DNA of 64,000 nt from the NCBI GenBank assembly GCA_038153405.1, contig JAYOYH010000012.1, positions 1 to 64,000 on the forward strand. Reading direction: 5' to 3'. Position numbers and translations under genes: made by a program. Under the pieces are notes generated by a model. The model did no database searches. It had not been told where the DNA came from and saw nothing but the letters and a program-made list of their open reading frames with translations. Of the stretch, positions 9,351 through 18,405 are shown piece after piece (the first letter of the stretch is position 1; the number at the start of each line of letters is the position of its first letter). Source of the stretch: Gemmatimonadota bacterium. GTDB lineage: Bacteria; Latescibacterota; UBA2968; UBA8231.

Positions 9351-10319
9351 TCAGTCGATGCGATATAGGGGTGCCTGACCGCGGGCAATGCGCTCGACGT
9401 TCTCCGCCGCACAGGCCGCGCGCTTGCGCGACGTGCCGTCCGTCACCCCGGCAATATGCGGCGTGGCCACTACGTTGGGCAACTGATACACCGGCCGGGC
9501 CGCGTCGGGCGGCTCCTGCGCATAGGCGTCGAGTCCAGCGCCGGCAATCTGTCCGTCGATGAGCGCCTGGTAGAGCGCCTCTTCGTCGACCAGCGCACCG
9601 CGCGCCACGTTGATCAGGCAGGCCGTCGGCTTCATCTGGGCGAGCCGACGCGCGTCGATTAAATGCCGGGTCTCCGCGTTTAGGTGCAGGTGCAGCGAGA
9701 GAAAGTCGCTCTCCCCCAGCACGCGTTCCATATCGTCGGGCGTGCCCACAAAGTCGGGCTCAATCGCCTCCAATACGCTCGCCTCAATAGAGCGCACGTC
9801 AATGGCCATGACCCGCATACCAAAAGCCTTGGCGCGCACGGCTAGATCCTGCCCGCTGGCGCCAAAACCGATGATGCCTAGCGTTCTGTTTTCAATTTCC
9901 ATGCCGAGCGGCTCATACAGGACGCCGCGATAGAAGTTGGCCGCACTTTCGCGGTAGCGGCGCGCCAGCATGAGAATGAACATCATCGCCGTCTCGGCCA
10001 GCGCTACGCTGCTGAACTGACCGGGGCAGTTGGCGACGGCAATGCCCTTGGTGCGGATGTAGTCGAGGTCAAAGTGATCAAAGCCCGTGCCGAGAACTTG
10101 CCATAGAAGCGCCGAGCGCGCCGCGTCCATCATGGGTCGCGTACCCACGCTGCCGCCCTGGTCGATAACCACTTCGACGCCGTCAAACTGCGATGACAGC
10201 GGCAGACACTCGTCGTAGACGGACAGCGCGTGACGATCGCCGATGGCTGCGATAACGTCATCGATCCAGGGCGAATACACTGCGGGCAGAGGCAGTATTA
10301 ATACGTTCAGGCGACGCAT
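9351..10319 (-). CDS. D-isomer-specific 2-hydroxyacid dehydrogenase
   Basis: GIIGFGASG, LINVARG, AGLD...EP, TPHIAG. Confidence 0.92.
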   Translation of the reverse strand: MRRLNVLILPLPAVYSPWIDDVIAAIGDRHALSVYDECLPLSSQFDGVEVVIDQGGSVGTRPMMDAARSALLWQVLGTGFDHFDLDYIRTKGIAVANCPGQFSSVALAETAMMFILMLARRYRESAANFYRGVLYEPLGMEIENRTLGIIGFGASGQDLAVRAKAFGMRVMAIDVRSIEASVLEAIEPDFVGTPDDMERVLGESDFLSLHLHLNAETRHLIDARRLAQMKPTACLINVARGALVDEEALYQALIDGQIAGAGLDAYAQEPPDAARPVYQLPNVVATPHIAGVTDGTSRKRAACAAENVERIARGQAPLYRID

Positions 10320-10323
10320 GCCA

Positions 10324-11100
10324 TCAGTGCTTTAAAAAGGCAAAATTGGTCACGGCGCGACGGCAGGCCTCCATCAGGTAGGACTCATCGCCGCCGACCA
10401 GCAGCAGCGGCCCGCACTGTTCGACCTGCTCCCGCACGTGCGCAGGATCGTCCAGCGGCCCCGTGACGGGCAGGCCACCCGGCTTGCCGGTGCGCTGCGC
10501 CGCGGCGCGCACGCGCTCAAGCGCTGCTCGATAGTCGGGATGATCCATTTGGAGCGGTATGCCGAGCGAGATACACAGATCGACGGGGCCAACGATGCAG
10601 CCGTCCACTCCGTCAACATCCATGATGGCGTCGATGTTTTTGACGGCTTCTGCCGTTTCTATGATCGGCAGAAACAGCACGCACTCGTCGATCTGCTGCG
10701 TATAGGCCTCGGCGAAAAGGCCATATCCGGCCGCCCGGTGCGGCCCCCAACCGCGCGTGCCGCGCGGCGGATAACGGCACGCCGCCGCCCCGACGCGCGC
10801 TTCCTCTGGCGTGCTGATAAACGGCACGGCAATGCCCATGGCCCCCATGTCCAGATACAGCTTGATCAAATCGGAATCGTTTTTGGCCGCGCGCACAATC
10901 GGCGTGGCTGCAGTGCAACCGACGGCCTGCAGCTGGGCCTGAACGGCAGTGGGCGTCTGCGGCGCGTGCTCCGTATCGATGAGCACCCAGTCAAAGCCAG
11001 CAAGGCCGGCCAACTCGGCGATGGCCGGCGAGCCAAAGCGCAGCTGTATGCCCAGCGCTGGCTCGCCGTTTTGCAAGCGCGTCTTGAGTCGATTCTGCAC
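10324..11100 (-). CDS. HpcH/HpaI (GarL-like) aldolase
   Basis: GFDWVLIDTEH, LDMGA.GI.VP, RYPPRG.RG, IIET, VGPVDL. Probable GTG start at 11100 with an upstream GGAG. Confidence 0.9.
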   Translation of the reverse strand: MQNRLKTRLQNGEPALGIQLRFGSPAIAELAGLAGFDWVLIDTEHAPQTPTAVQAQLQAVGCTAATPIVRAAKNDSDLIKLYLDMGAMGIAVPFISTPEEARVGAAACRYPPRGTRGWGPHRAAGYGLFAEAYTQQIDECVLFLPIIETAEAVKNIDAIMDVDGVDGCIVGPVDLCISLGIPLQMDHPDYRAALERVRAAAQRTGKPGGLPVTGPLDDPAHVREQVEQCGPLLLVGGDESYLMEACRRAVTNFAFLKH

Positions 11101-11151
11101 GGTGAACTCCGAGTGAAAACGGTGCAACTGCGCGAGGCGTGGACTGGCGTT

Positions 11152-11997
11152 CTAAGCGTCGGCGGTAGCCCAACAGCCCTCGCTGTAGGGCGCGCGTTGA
11201 AAGAGCTTTTGCCGATACGGGCTAGCGCCCTCTAACCACGCCGGCGGGATCGCCTGCGTGTAGCGGTGCGGCGGACCCGCTTCCTTAAAGATATCGATAT
11301 TAAAGATGCGATGGGCCTGGGGCGAATCGGCCGGTTTGGCCTCGACGGCGTGGAATATGCGCGCGTTGATATAGACCATGCTGCCCGGCGGCGCCTCCAG
11401 CCGCACTTCGCTCAGCGGGCGACCCGCCTCTTCGTCATAGTCGCCGGCCAGCATTTTTTCCGGCGTGATTTGCTTGGAAGGAGCCAGGCGATGGCTGCCG
11501 GGAATTACGCTGAGATTGCGGTCGCCGCGGTTAAACCCGTTGGGATAGTAGAGAATCTGAATGTAGTACTTATCGCGCTCGGCCAAATTGACGGGGTGGG
11601 TGTGATTCCAGTGGTGGTGATCCTGGTGGTAGGGAATCGAACCGATGCCGCGCGGCGCTAAATTGAGCGCCGAATGGCAAAAGTGATAGTCGGAACCAAT
11701 GGTTGCCCGCAGTAGCGATTCAATAAAGGGGTCATCGATGAGGCGGTGGCCAACGGGGCCGCGCTCGTCCCACGGTCGAACGAAATAGGCCTGCGGTTCG
11801 GCATGTGCACAATCCAAGTATTCGCGCACTGCGCTGCTGTGCAGGATCTCGTCGACTAACGCCTGCCGCGCCGCGTCCCGCAGGACGTCGGGAAAGAAGA
11901 TATAGCCGTCGCGGTGGAATGTTTCGACGTCAGTCGCCGTGGGCCGTTCGATGCGAAAGAGCGAATCCACTTGGGGAACGTTGCTCGTCGTCGGCAA
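11152..11997 (-). CDS. Phytanoyl-CoA dioxygenase (PhyH) family Fe(II)/2OG oxygenase
   Basis: FHRDGY, the HQD triad, VIPGSH, and IFHAV. Confidence 0.85.
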   Translation of the reverse strand: MPTTSNVPQVDSLFRIERPTATDVETFHRDGYIFFPDVLRDAARQALVDEILHSSAVREYLDCAHAEPQAYFVRPWDERGPVGHRLIDDPFIESLLRATIGSDYHFCHSALNLAPRGIGSIPYHQDHHHWNHTHPVNLAERDKYYIQILYYPNGFNRGDRNLSVIPGSHRLAPSKQITPEKMLAGDYDEEAGRPLSEVRLEAPPGSMVYINARIFHAVEAKPADSPQAHRIFNIDIFKEAGPPHRYTQAIPPAWLEGASPYRQKLFQRAPYSEGCWATADA

Positions 11998-12001
11998 GAT
12001 G

Positions 12002-13114
12002 CTATTTGGGCGGTGGACCGAGGTGGGTGCAGGCGACGCTCACCTTTTTCAGCGCGATGAAGCCCGACTTGTCGTCCTCGTAGAGGCCGGCTGCCAGCAG
12101 CGCGTCGTAGATGCCATCTACCGCACCCTGTCCGACGATCAACTCGGCCGTCTCGCGCGCCGGCGAAATCGCCCCCAGTTCACCGTCAAAGCGCGCATAG
12201 CTCTGCTTGGAAATCGTCGCGCCGGCCGCGCCGGATGCCATCGCCGCAATCACCAGGTCGCTGGCGTGCCCTTCGTTGCAGACCAGTATCATGCACACCA
12301 AATCGTTCAGGTAGCGATAGCCCTGACTCTCCTCGCTCAGCGCGCGCCGACGCCAGTCGGAAGACCCCTGCATATGGTCGACGGCAGCAATGAGTTGCTC
12401 CATGCTAGCCGAATGCTGCTGGCCGCGCACGACCATATTGTTGATTATACCGCGCGTGCCGGGCGACTCGTATATGAAGCCGGAGCCGATCTCATTGATG
12501 CGCCCGGCCGTTATCAGCGAGGCGAAGATTTCGTCCGACTCCTGCTGAGAGACGGTGACGTGGACGATTTCCTTGGCCGCCGGCACCGTAATGCGAATCA
12601 GGCTGAGTTTGTCGCGCAGGCCGGTGCCCTCGCCGGTGGTCACCTGCGGCATCGGCACGCCTAAGTCGAGCGACGAGCGCGCAATGTGGTTGCCGCGATC
12701 CTGCTGGACAGTGCAGACAATGCTCGACAGATCGTCGCGCAGTGGCACCGGATTGGCGCCGCCAAACGGCGCGACCTGCGGCGGCGCCCAGACCGACTCC
12801 TCGGCAATGTCGACTAAGTCGCAGACCGCACTGCCGCGGCCCGGAATCTGCAACCCGCAGGCGGAGATCACCGCCTGCAGTGCGTCTTCCGCCGAGTCCA
12901 CCGGCACGTAGAACACGAGGCGCGTGGCCGGCTCTCCTTCCAGCACTAAGCCGGCGCCAATTCCCCAAAATCCCTCGCGGCGGCGCAGGACCGTGGCACG
13001 ACTAGGCTGGGAGTGGTACTCCTTCACGCCGATAGCTTGCAGCGTGGCCAACGCGCGGTCGGCAACGGAGTTATAGATCGTACAGGTTAGCTTTGCTGCA
13101 CTCTTTTTTTCCAT
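12002..13114 (-). CDS. Tandem PII-like (GlnB-like) domain protein
   Basis: Three repeats of about 110-120 aa with a PII-like pattern (e.g. IVCTVQQDRG..IA...G.GTG...KEIV; LVCNEG.A..V.AA..GAAGATI...RE). It lies directly downstream of DUF1538. Confidence 0.7.
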   Translation of the reverse strand: MEKKSAAKLTCTIYNSVADRALATLQAIGVKEYHSQPSRATVLRRREGFWGIGAGLVLEGEPATRLVFYVPVDSAEDALQAVISACGLQIPGRGSAVCDLVDIAEESVWAPPQVAPFGGANPVPLRDDLSSIVCTVQQDRGNHIARSSLDLGVPMPQVTTGEGTGLRDKLSLIRITVPAAKEIVHVTVSQQESDEIFASLITAGRINEIGSGFIYESPGTRGIINNMVVRGQQHSASMEQLIAAVDHMQGSSDWRRRALSEESQGYRYLNDLVCMILVCNEGHASDLVIAAMASGAAGATISKQSYARFDGELGAISPARETAELIVGQGAVDGIYDALLAAGLYEDDKSGFIALKKVSVACTHLGPPPK

Positions 13115-13123
13115 GACCTTCTC

Positions 13124-15217
13124 CTAGGCCGCCGTAGCTTCCAGTTCTGCTTTGCGCCGCGCCGTCACATACATACCAACCAGCAGCACCGATAAAATCG
13201 GACAGACCGAAGCCAGCGACAAAATCCCAAATCCCTCGATGCTACCCACCTGTGCGCTGATACCCAACCCCATAGCTAACACCAACGGCACGGTAACTGG
13301 CCCCGTCGTCACGCCGGCGCTATCCCAGCCGATGTTGACAAATTCCTCGTTCGACATGACCGTCAGCACCATGAGCAAGATATAGGGCGGAACGAGCATC
13401 CATATGAGCGGCCAATTGTAAATGATCTTGGCCACGCCTAGGGAAATGCCGACGCCGACGCCGATGGCCACCGCCTGCATCAGCAACTGCTTTTTAAAGG
13501 TCCCGACCGTCAGCTGTTCTACCGTCGTTCCCAGCGCGTTGAGCGCCGGCTCGGCCAGCGTGGCGCTATAGCCCATCATAAAGGCGAAGAGTATGACTAC
13601 GACTACGCCGAGAATGCCCTTAAAGAGCGGCCCGCGTATCGGCGTATACGAATACTGCTGCGTGCGCGCGTCGAAGTTTTCGCTGTGGTAGGGCAGCAAG
13701 TCGTATCCCTCTTCCGTCTTGCGCGAGAAGATGGCCTGCACATCGCCCTCGTTGGTGATCGACTTGGTGACGATAGACGGATCGAAGTTGCGAATAACCT
13801 CGTGCTGCTGCGTCATTTCGACGGCCTTGAACGAAGTCGGCAGATTCGTGCCGATTTCGCTGCCTAGCCTCGACAGGCCCAACTCGATGCCAATGCTAAA
13901 CAAGCTCATGCCGACCACGGCAAAGAAGATACCCAGCACGAGTTCGTCGGCGCGGCGAATGCGCTCGCGCAGCACAGCGACCAACACGAGGAGCAGAAAG
14001 AGGCTGAGCGGAACAATGGCCTGTATAGCGCCAAACCCGTTGCGCTCTAGTAAATCGGGCAGGTCGAGTGTGTCGCCCCTGCGGGCGTAGAGGGCTTCGG
14101 ACTGCGCGCGAACCGCCTCCTCCGAGCCGTATACGGCCAGACGCTGGGCATTGGTGCCGCTGCTGAGCAACCAGCGGGCAAAGTCGTCGGCGCCGCCGAA
14201 AATAGTCTCCTGCGCCGCGCCGTCTTTTGACAGCGCGACGATATAGGCATCCAGCGCTGCAGTATCGCCGTTGAAAAAGGCCTCGCGCGCCATGGAGCTA
14301 CCGTTGCGCATAACGTATCCCTTAAACTCTTCCTCGCTCTCAAAGAGCGATACGGCCTGCGCGCGCTGCTGTGCGCTGCAAAATTCCACGTCGGTGGATG
14401 GATCCGGCACGGACGACAGAAAGTAGAGGCCCAACCCCAAGACGGCCAAGATAGGGAAGGCAGACGCTAGCGTAACCACGCCAAAGCCGCCCGCTGCGCC
14501 GCCGCCGCTGCCGCTAGACGCCGCGCGCGAGATGCCGATGCCCAGCGCCAAGACCAGCGGCACGGTGACTGGTCCGGTTGTGACGGCCCCGCAGTCCCAG
14601 GCCAGACCGGTCAAATGCACCAGGTTGGGATCGAAATAGGCCCAAATGGAAATTGAGCCACCAACGGCGTACAGCACGTAGACAAAGGGCTTTAACGACC
14701 AGCCGTAGAGAAAGCGCAGCATGCCGAAGAGCACGGCAATCCCCACGCCAACACCCACCGACCACACCAGCGCACCGGAGTATTTGTTGAGCAGCAGAAA
14801 GAGCAGCGGTGCATCCCAAGCGCGCACCGACGATCCGGCCGACTTCAGCACGCCAATCGCTGGCTCGGCAAAGGTCGCACCTATACCAAGTATAAAGGCA
14901 AAGATCAAGATGACGGGCAGCACCGTTTTTTGCGGCAGCCTTATGCCGCAAATCTCCCCCAGCGGCATGAGACCAAAGAACAAGCCCTCCATGAAGAAGG
15001 CCAGGCCCAGCACCACCACGCCAATGCCCAGCGCAACGACGAGCGCATTGGAGATGGGAATGCTGAGGACGATGAGCTGGAATAAGACTAGGTAGGCTAC
15101 GATCAGCGACACCGTCTTGATCTGCTCAACGACCTTCAACTTAGCGTAGGGGCCGATCATTTTCAGCGCTTGGCCAAACGACACGCTGACGCGTCCAGAC
15201 GTTTGCTGTGAAGGCAT
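13124..15217 (-). CDS. Fused double DUF1538 membrane protein
   Basis: Two copies each of AT.AEPA and WD.G/AG.VTTGPVTVPLVLA.G.GIS, with about 14-16 hydrophobic segments. Start refined to ATG 15217. Confidence 0.85.
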   Translation of the reverse strand: MPSQQTSGRVSVSFGQALKMIGPYAKLKVVEQIKTVSLIVAYLVLFQLIVLSIPISNALVVALGIGVVVLGLAFFMEGLFFGLMPLGEICGIRLPQKTVLPVILIFAFILGIGATFAEPAIGVLKSAGSSVRAWDAPLLFLLLNKYSGALVWSVGVGVGIAVLFGMLRFLYGWSLKPFVYVLYAVGGSISIWAYFDPNLVHLTGLAWDCGAVTTGPVTVPLVLALGIGISRAASSGSGGGAAGGFGVVTLASAFPILAVLGLGLYFLSSVPDPSTDVEFCSAQQRAQAVSLFESEEEFKGYVMRNGSSMAREAFFNGDTAALDAYIVALSKDGAAQETIFGGADDFARWLLSSGTNAQRLAVYGSEEAVRAQSEALYARRGDTLDLPDLLERNGFGAIQAIVPLSLFLLLVLVAVLRERIRRADELVLGIFFAVVGMSLFSIGIELGLSRLGSEIGTNLPTSFKAVEMTQQHEVIRNFDPSIVTKSITNEGDVQAIFSRKTEEGYDLLPYHSENFDARTQQYSYTPIRGPLFKGILGVVVVILFAFMMGYSATLAEPALNALGTTVEQLTVGTFKKQLLMQAVAIGVGVGISLGVAKIIYNWPLIWMLVPPYILLMVLTVMSNEEFVNIGWDSAGVTTGPVTVPLVLAMGLGISAQVGSIEGFGILSLASVCPILSVLLVGMYVTARRKAELEATAA

Positions 15218-15595
15218 AAGGCGATCTCGTACTTTCGGAATGCACTCGGGCACTCGCATAATACAACGGGCTAATTAGGTCCTAAAGTAATTGTTTTTAA
15301 ACTGCATGCATAGGATAAAAAACAGCGCGTTGATCGCACTCATCGCATCCCGTTGCCACGGCGCCGACTCCATTATCACGAGATGTGGCCAATGGTCCTG
15401 CCGGGGCTAGGGGCGCTTTAGATCGCGCTGCAGACCATTTTTCACTCGACCGCGCAGCGCGCGCAGACTCTGATTTCCGACAAACCGGAGATCCCACAAG
15501 CGAGCGAAGCAGTTGCCAAAGAGCGCTGCGCACCGAAGTGGGAACGCTTCCATATTCAACGTGCATTGGGATAACCAGTCTAAACGCCATGCGCC

Positions 15596-16852
15596 CTACG
15601 CGGCGACCACCGGCACTTCGTCCCAGCGCGTCGTATAGCGCGGCGAGCGGCTGAACTGGCGCATACGCCAACCCTGATCCAACCCCTCGCGGGCGTGCTT
15701 GAGCGCGTCGTTTCCCCACTCGGCCGTCACTCGATCCAACGCAACCATCAGCGCCTCTTTGCCGCCGTCGTAATGGGCGTCGGTAAAGAGGTTGACCTGC
15801 TGCGCGTTCCGCGGCGACAGTTCCGTCAACATGATCCCGCAGCGCCGGTAGGCGTAATTGGGCCGATAGAGCTGCCGCATGCACTGGCTGGCCCAGCCAA
15901 TAAGTTCGCCCGTGTGGGCCGTCGCCCAGGGCAGCGCGCGGAAGATAGAGTTGGCATAGGCGTATTCGTCGTAGCGACTCGTGGCCAGCGACACGCGCAT
16001 AGCCCCGGCGATGCTGCCCTGTTTGCGCAGCGCGCGCGCGGCAGCAGCAGTATAGGCAGCGAGCGGTTCGAGTACTTCTTCCAAGTCGACGATCGCCCGC
16101 CCGAACTGCCGCGCACGTGCGATGGCTTTCTTGGGTGGCGGCTGCTCTTCCAGCGCAAAGCAGGGCGTGCCGCGCAGTTCCAACACAGTGCGCAATCCCA
16201 TGACCGTCATGCGTTGCCGTGCCCACTGCTCGTCAACCTGGCTCAACTGCCATGCGTTGGCAATGCCATGCGATGACAGCATGCGCCCATGGCGGGGGCC
16301 GATGCCCCAGACGTCGCCCACTGCCACGTCGCTCAGCACGCGGCCCATATCGGTGTGCCCAACTAGGCTGTAGACACCGGTGCCGCGCTTGGCGATGCGG
16401 TTGGCCACCTTGGCCAGCGTCTTCGTCGCCCCCACGCCGACTGACACGGTCAACCCGGTCCACTGACGCACGGTCTGGCGCATCGCCTCGCCCAGTCCAG
16501 CCAGCCCAAGCCCGCCGTCGCGCAGTCGCAAAAAGGCCTCGTCGATGGAGTAGACCTCCACTTCATCGGTAAATGTGCGCAGCGTGTCCATTACGCGGCG
16601 CGACATATCGCCGTATAGCGCGTAGTTAGAGGAAAAGGCCAGGCCACCGCGGCGTTCAAAGGCGTGGCGAATCTTGAAGTAGGGATCGCCCATTTCAATG
16701 CCCAGCGCCTTAGCCTCTGACGACCGCGCCACAACGCAACCGTCGTTGTTACTCAACACCACTATGGGACGCTCCCTGAGATTGGGCCGGAAAACCTGTT
16801 CGCAGGAAGCGTAGAAATTGTTGCAGTCCACCAGCGCGAAGATACCGTTCAT
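15596..16852 (-). CDS. umuC: DNA polymerase V catalytic subunit (Y-family)
   Basis: ALVDCNNFYASCE, VLSNNDGCVVARS, YSIDEAF, and C-terminal W.MR...SPRYTT.W. Confidence 0.95.
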   Translation of the reverse strand: MNGIFALVDCNNFYASCEQVFRPNLRERPIVVLSNNDGCVVARSSEAKALGIEMGDPYFKIRHAFERRGGLAFSSNYALYGDMSRRVMDTLRTFTDEVEVYSIDEAFLRLRDGGLGLAGLGEAMRQTVRQWTGLTVSVGVGATKTLAKVANRIAKRGTGVYSLVGHTDMGRVLSDVAVGDVWGIGPRHGRMLSSHGIANAWQLSQVDEQWARQRMTVMGLRTVLELRGTPCFALEEQPPPKKAIARARQFGRAIVDLEEVLEPLAAYTAAAARALRKQGSIAGAMRVSLATSRYDEYAYANSIFRALPWATAHTGELIGWASQCMRQLYRPNYAYRRCGIMLTELSPRNAQQVNLFTDAHYDGGKEALMVALDRVTAEWGNDALKHAREGLDQGWRMRQFSRSPRYTTRWDEVPVVAA

Positions 16853-17313
16853 TTCACTTGGTGAATGACGTAGGTGACGACGCCCCAGACTTCGAATTCC
16901 ATCCCTTCGCGGAGCGCGATGTCCGGCATGCGCTCGTTCTCCGATGCCAGCAAGATGGCACCCTCCCTTTTGCGCATGCGCTTGACGGTAAACTCGCCGT
17001 CTAACACAGCGACGACGACGGATCCATCCGCCGGTCTTTCCGCCCTATCCACCACCAGCGTATCGCCCGGATGGATACCGGCGCCGATCATCGACTCGCC
17101 CTCTACGCGCACGAAGAACGTGGCCGCTGGATGGCGAATGATCAGGTCGTTGAGATCGAGGCCATCGTCGAGGTAGTCGTTGGCCGGCGAGGGAAAGCCC
17201 GCCGCAATGCGGCAGGCAAAGAAGGGAACCGGCGTGCGCGACCGGAGGGCATAGGGTGCGATGCATGCGCCGCCGACGGCGCGGACATCGGTAAAGCGGG
17301 AGTGGGCGTTCAT
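16849..17313 (-). CDS. umuD: DNA polymerase V accessory subunit, S24 autopeptidase
   Basis: AAGFPSPA cleavage site, GESM (catalytic Ser), FTVKR (catalytic Lys), WGVV. ATG at 17313; the stop overlaps the umuC start. Confidence 0.95.
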   Translation of the reverse strand: MNAHSRFTDVRAVGGACIAPYALRSRTPVPFFACRIAAGFPSPANDYLDDGLDLNDLIIRHPAATFFVRVEGESMIGAGIHPGDTLVVDRAERPADGSVVVAVLDGEFTVKRMRKREGAILLASENERMPDIALREGMEFEVWGVVTYVIHQVK

Positions 17314-17339
17314 GTAGTTGCCTTTGCGTGCCAGTGTGG

Positions 17340-17377
17340 TCCATCTGATACTATACAAATGTATAGTATCAGATGGA
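17340..17377. promoter_or_regulatory. Inverted repeat with perfect 18-bp arms (putative SOS-type operator) upstream of umuD
   Basis: TCCATCTGATACTATACA-AA-TGTATAGTATCAGATGGA, 26 nt upstream of the umuD ATG. A minus-strand TTGACA is adjacent at 17383-17388. Confidence 0.8.
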
Positions 17378-17502
17378 GAAACTGTCAACGGCTGCACTTC
17401 GCAATCCGGATAGGCGCCCATTGCTCCCAACGACATCGCCCACGCCGGTTGCGCGCAGCGCGCGCGCGCCGTTCTTTGGTGGACCACAGCGAAAGGGAAC
17501 CG

Positions 17503-18339
17503 TTGCTACAACACACGTTCTGTCACGCGCCCGGTCTGGGGCCACAAAACGAACGCCTGCTCTGGGATAGGGGCTTGCACACCTGGCGCGACGTGCTCTG
17601 GGCGGAAAAGGTGCCGCTCACGCCGCAAAAAGCAGATGCGCTGATCGACACGGCGCGGCGCTCGACGCACCATCTGAGCGAGCGCAATCCACATTTCTTT
17701 TACGAGAGCCTGCCGGCGCGCGAGCACTGGCGTATGTTTGGCGAATTCCGCGGCGATACGGCATATTTTGATATCGAGACCACGGGCCTGGGCAACCCGG
17801 ACGACCACATTACGACCATTGTCCTATACGATGGACGTCAGCTGCGCCACTACGTCCACGGAATCAATATGGACGCGTTTCCCGGCGACGTAGCGCGCTA
17901 CAAAGTGCTCGTCAGCTATAACGGCAAGAGCTTTGACGCGCCCTTTGTGCGCCGCTGTTTGGGCGCCCCGCTGGACCAACCCCATATCGATCTGCGCTAC
18001 GTGCTCAGCAGCTTGGGGCTCAAGGGCGGTCTGAAAGGCTGCGAGCGCCAGCTCGGCATCGACCGCTGCGGCCTAGAAGATATCGACGGCTTCTTCGCCG
18101 TTATCCTGTGGAACGAGTACTGGCGGCGCGGCGATGAAAAGGCCCTGCACACGCTGCTGGCCTATAATGCCCTTGACGTCATCAACTTGGAGACGCTGAT
18201 GGTCATCGCCTACAATCAAAAGCTGGCTGCCACGCCTTTTGCCGAAAGAGTCCTTCCGGCACCAGCACCACAGCCGCTGCCCTTTGCTGCTGACCGGCCG
18301 ACGATTCGCCGCCTCAAACTGCAGTACGGCATGGAATAA
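17503..18339 (+). CDS. YprB-like RNase H-like (RNase_H_2) exonuclease-domain protein
   Basis: AYFDIETTGL, VSYNGKSFD.PF, HIDL, GGLKGCE, LLAYNALDVINL. TTG start at 17503 follows AAAGGGA. Confidence 0.85.
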   Translation: MLQHTFCHAPGLGPQNERLLWDRGLHTWRDVLWAEKVPLTPQKADALIDTARRSTHHLSERNPHFFYESLPAREHWRMFGEFRGDTAYFDIETTGLGNPDDHITTIVLYDGRQLRHYVHGINMDAFPGDVARYKVLVSYNGKSFDAPFVRRCLGAPLDQPHIDLRYVLSSLGLKGGLKGCERQLGIDRCGLEDIDGFFAVILWNEYWRRGDEKALHTLLAYNALDVINLETLMVIAYNQKLAATPFAERVLPAPAPQPLPFAADRPTIRRLKLQYGME

Positions 18340-18373
18340 AAAACGGCTCCAGGTGCTATTCCCGGAGCCGTTT
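18338..18373 (-). terminator. Rho-independent terminator of the Spy-like gene
   Basis: AAACGGCTCC...GGAGCCGTTT hairpin followed by a T-run on the minus strand, between convergent genes. Confidence 0.65.
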
Positions 18374-18405
18374 CCCATTGGAGGTTTGGTGCGTCTTGCC
18401 GGCGT

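Noticed and set aside
15260..15595. 336-bp gap, considered as a possible small gene or ncRNA
   Set aside because: No convincing RBS/ORF or recognisable RNA structure; probably the promoter region of the DUF1538 gene.
15596..17313. umuDC as a marker of a prophage or ICE
   Set aside because: No integrase, transposase, att-like repeats or compositional shift were seen nearby.
17340..17377. Palindrome read as a terminator or MITE
   Set aside because: It lies between divergent gene starts, is AT-rich, and has no U-tail or target-site duplication.
17071..17502. N-terminal extension of the 422-aa nuclease ORF and extended umuD
   Set aside because: They overlap umuD and the operator region; better starts exist at 17503 and 17313.
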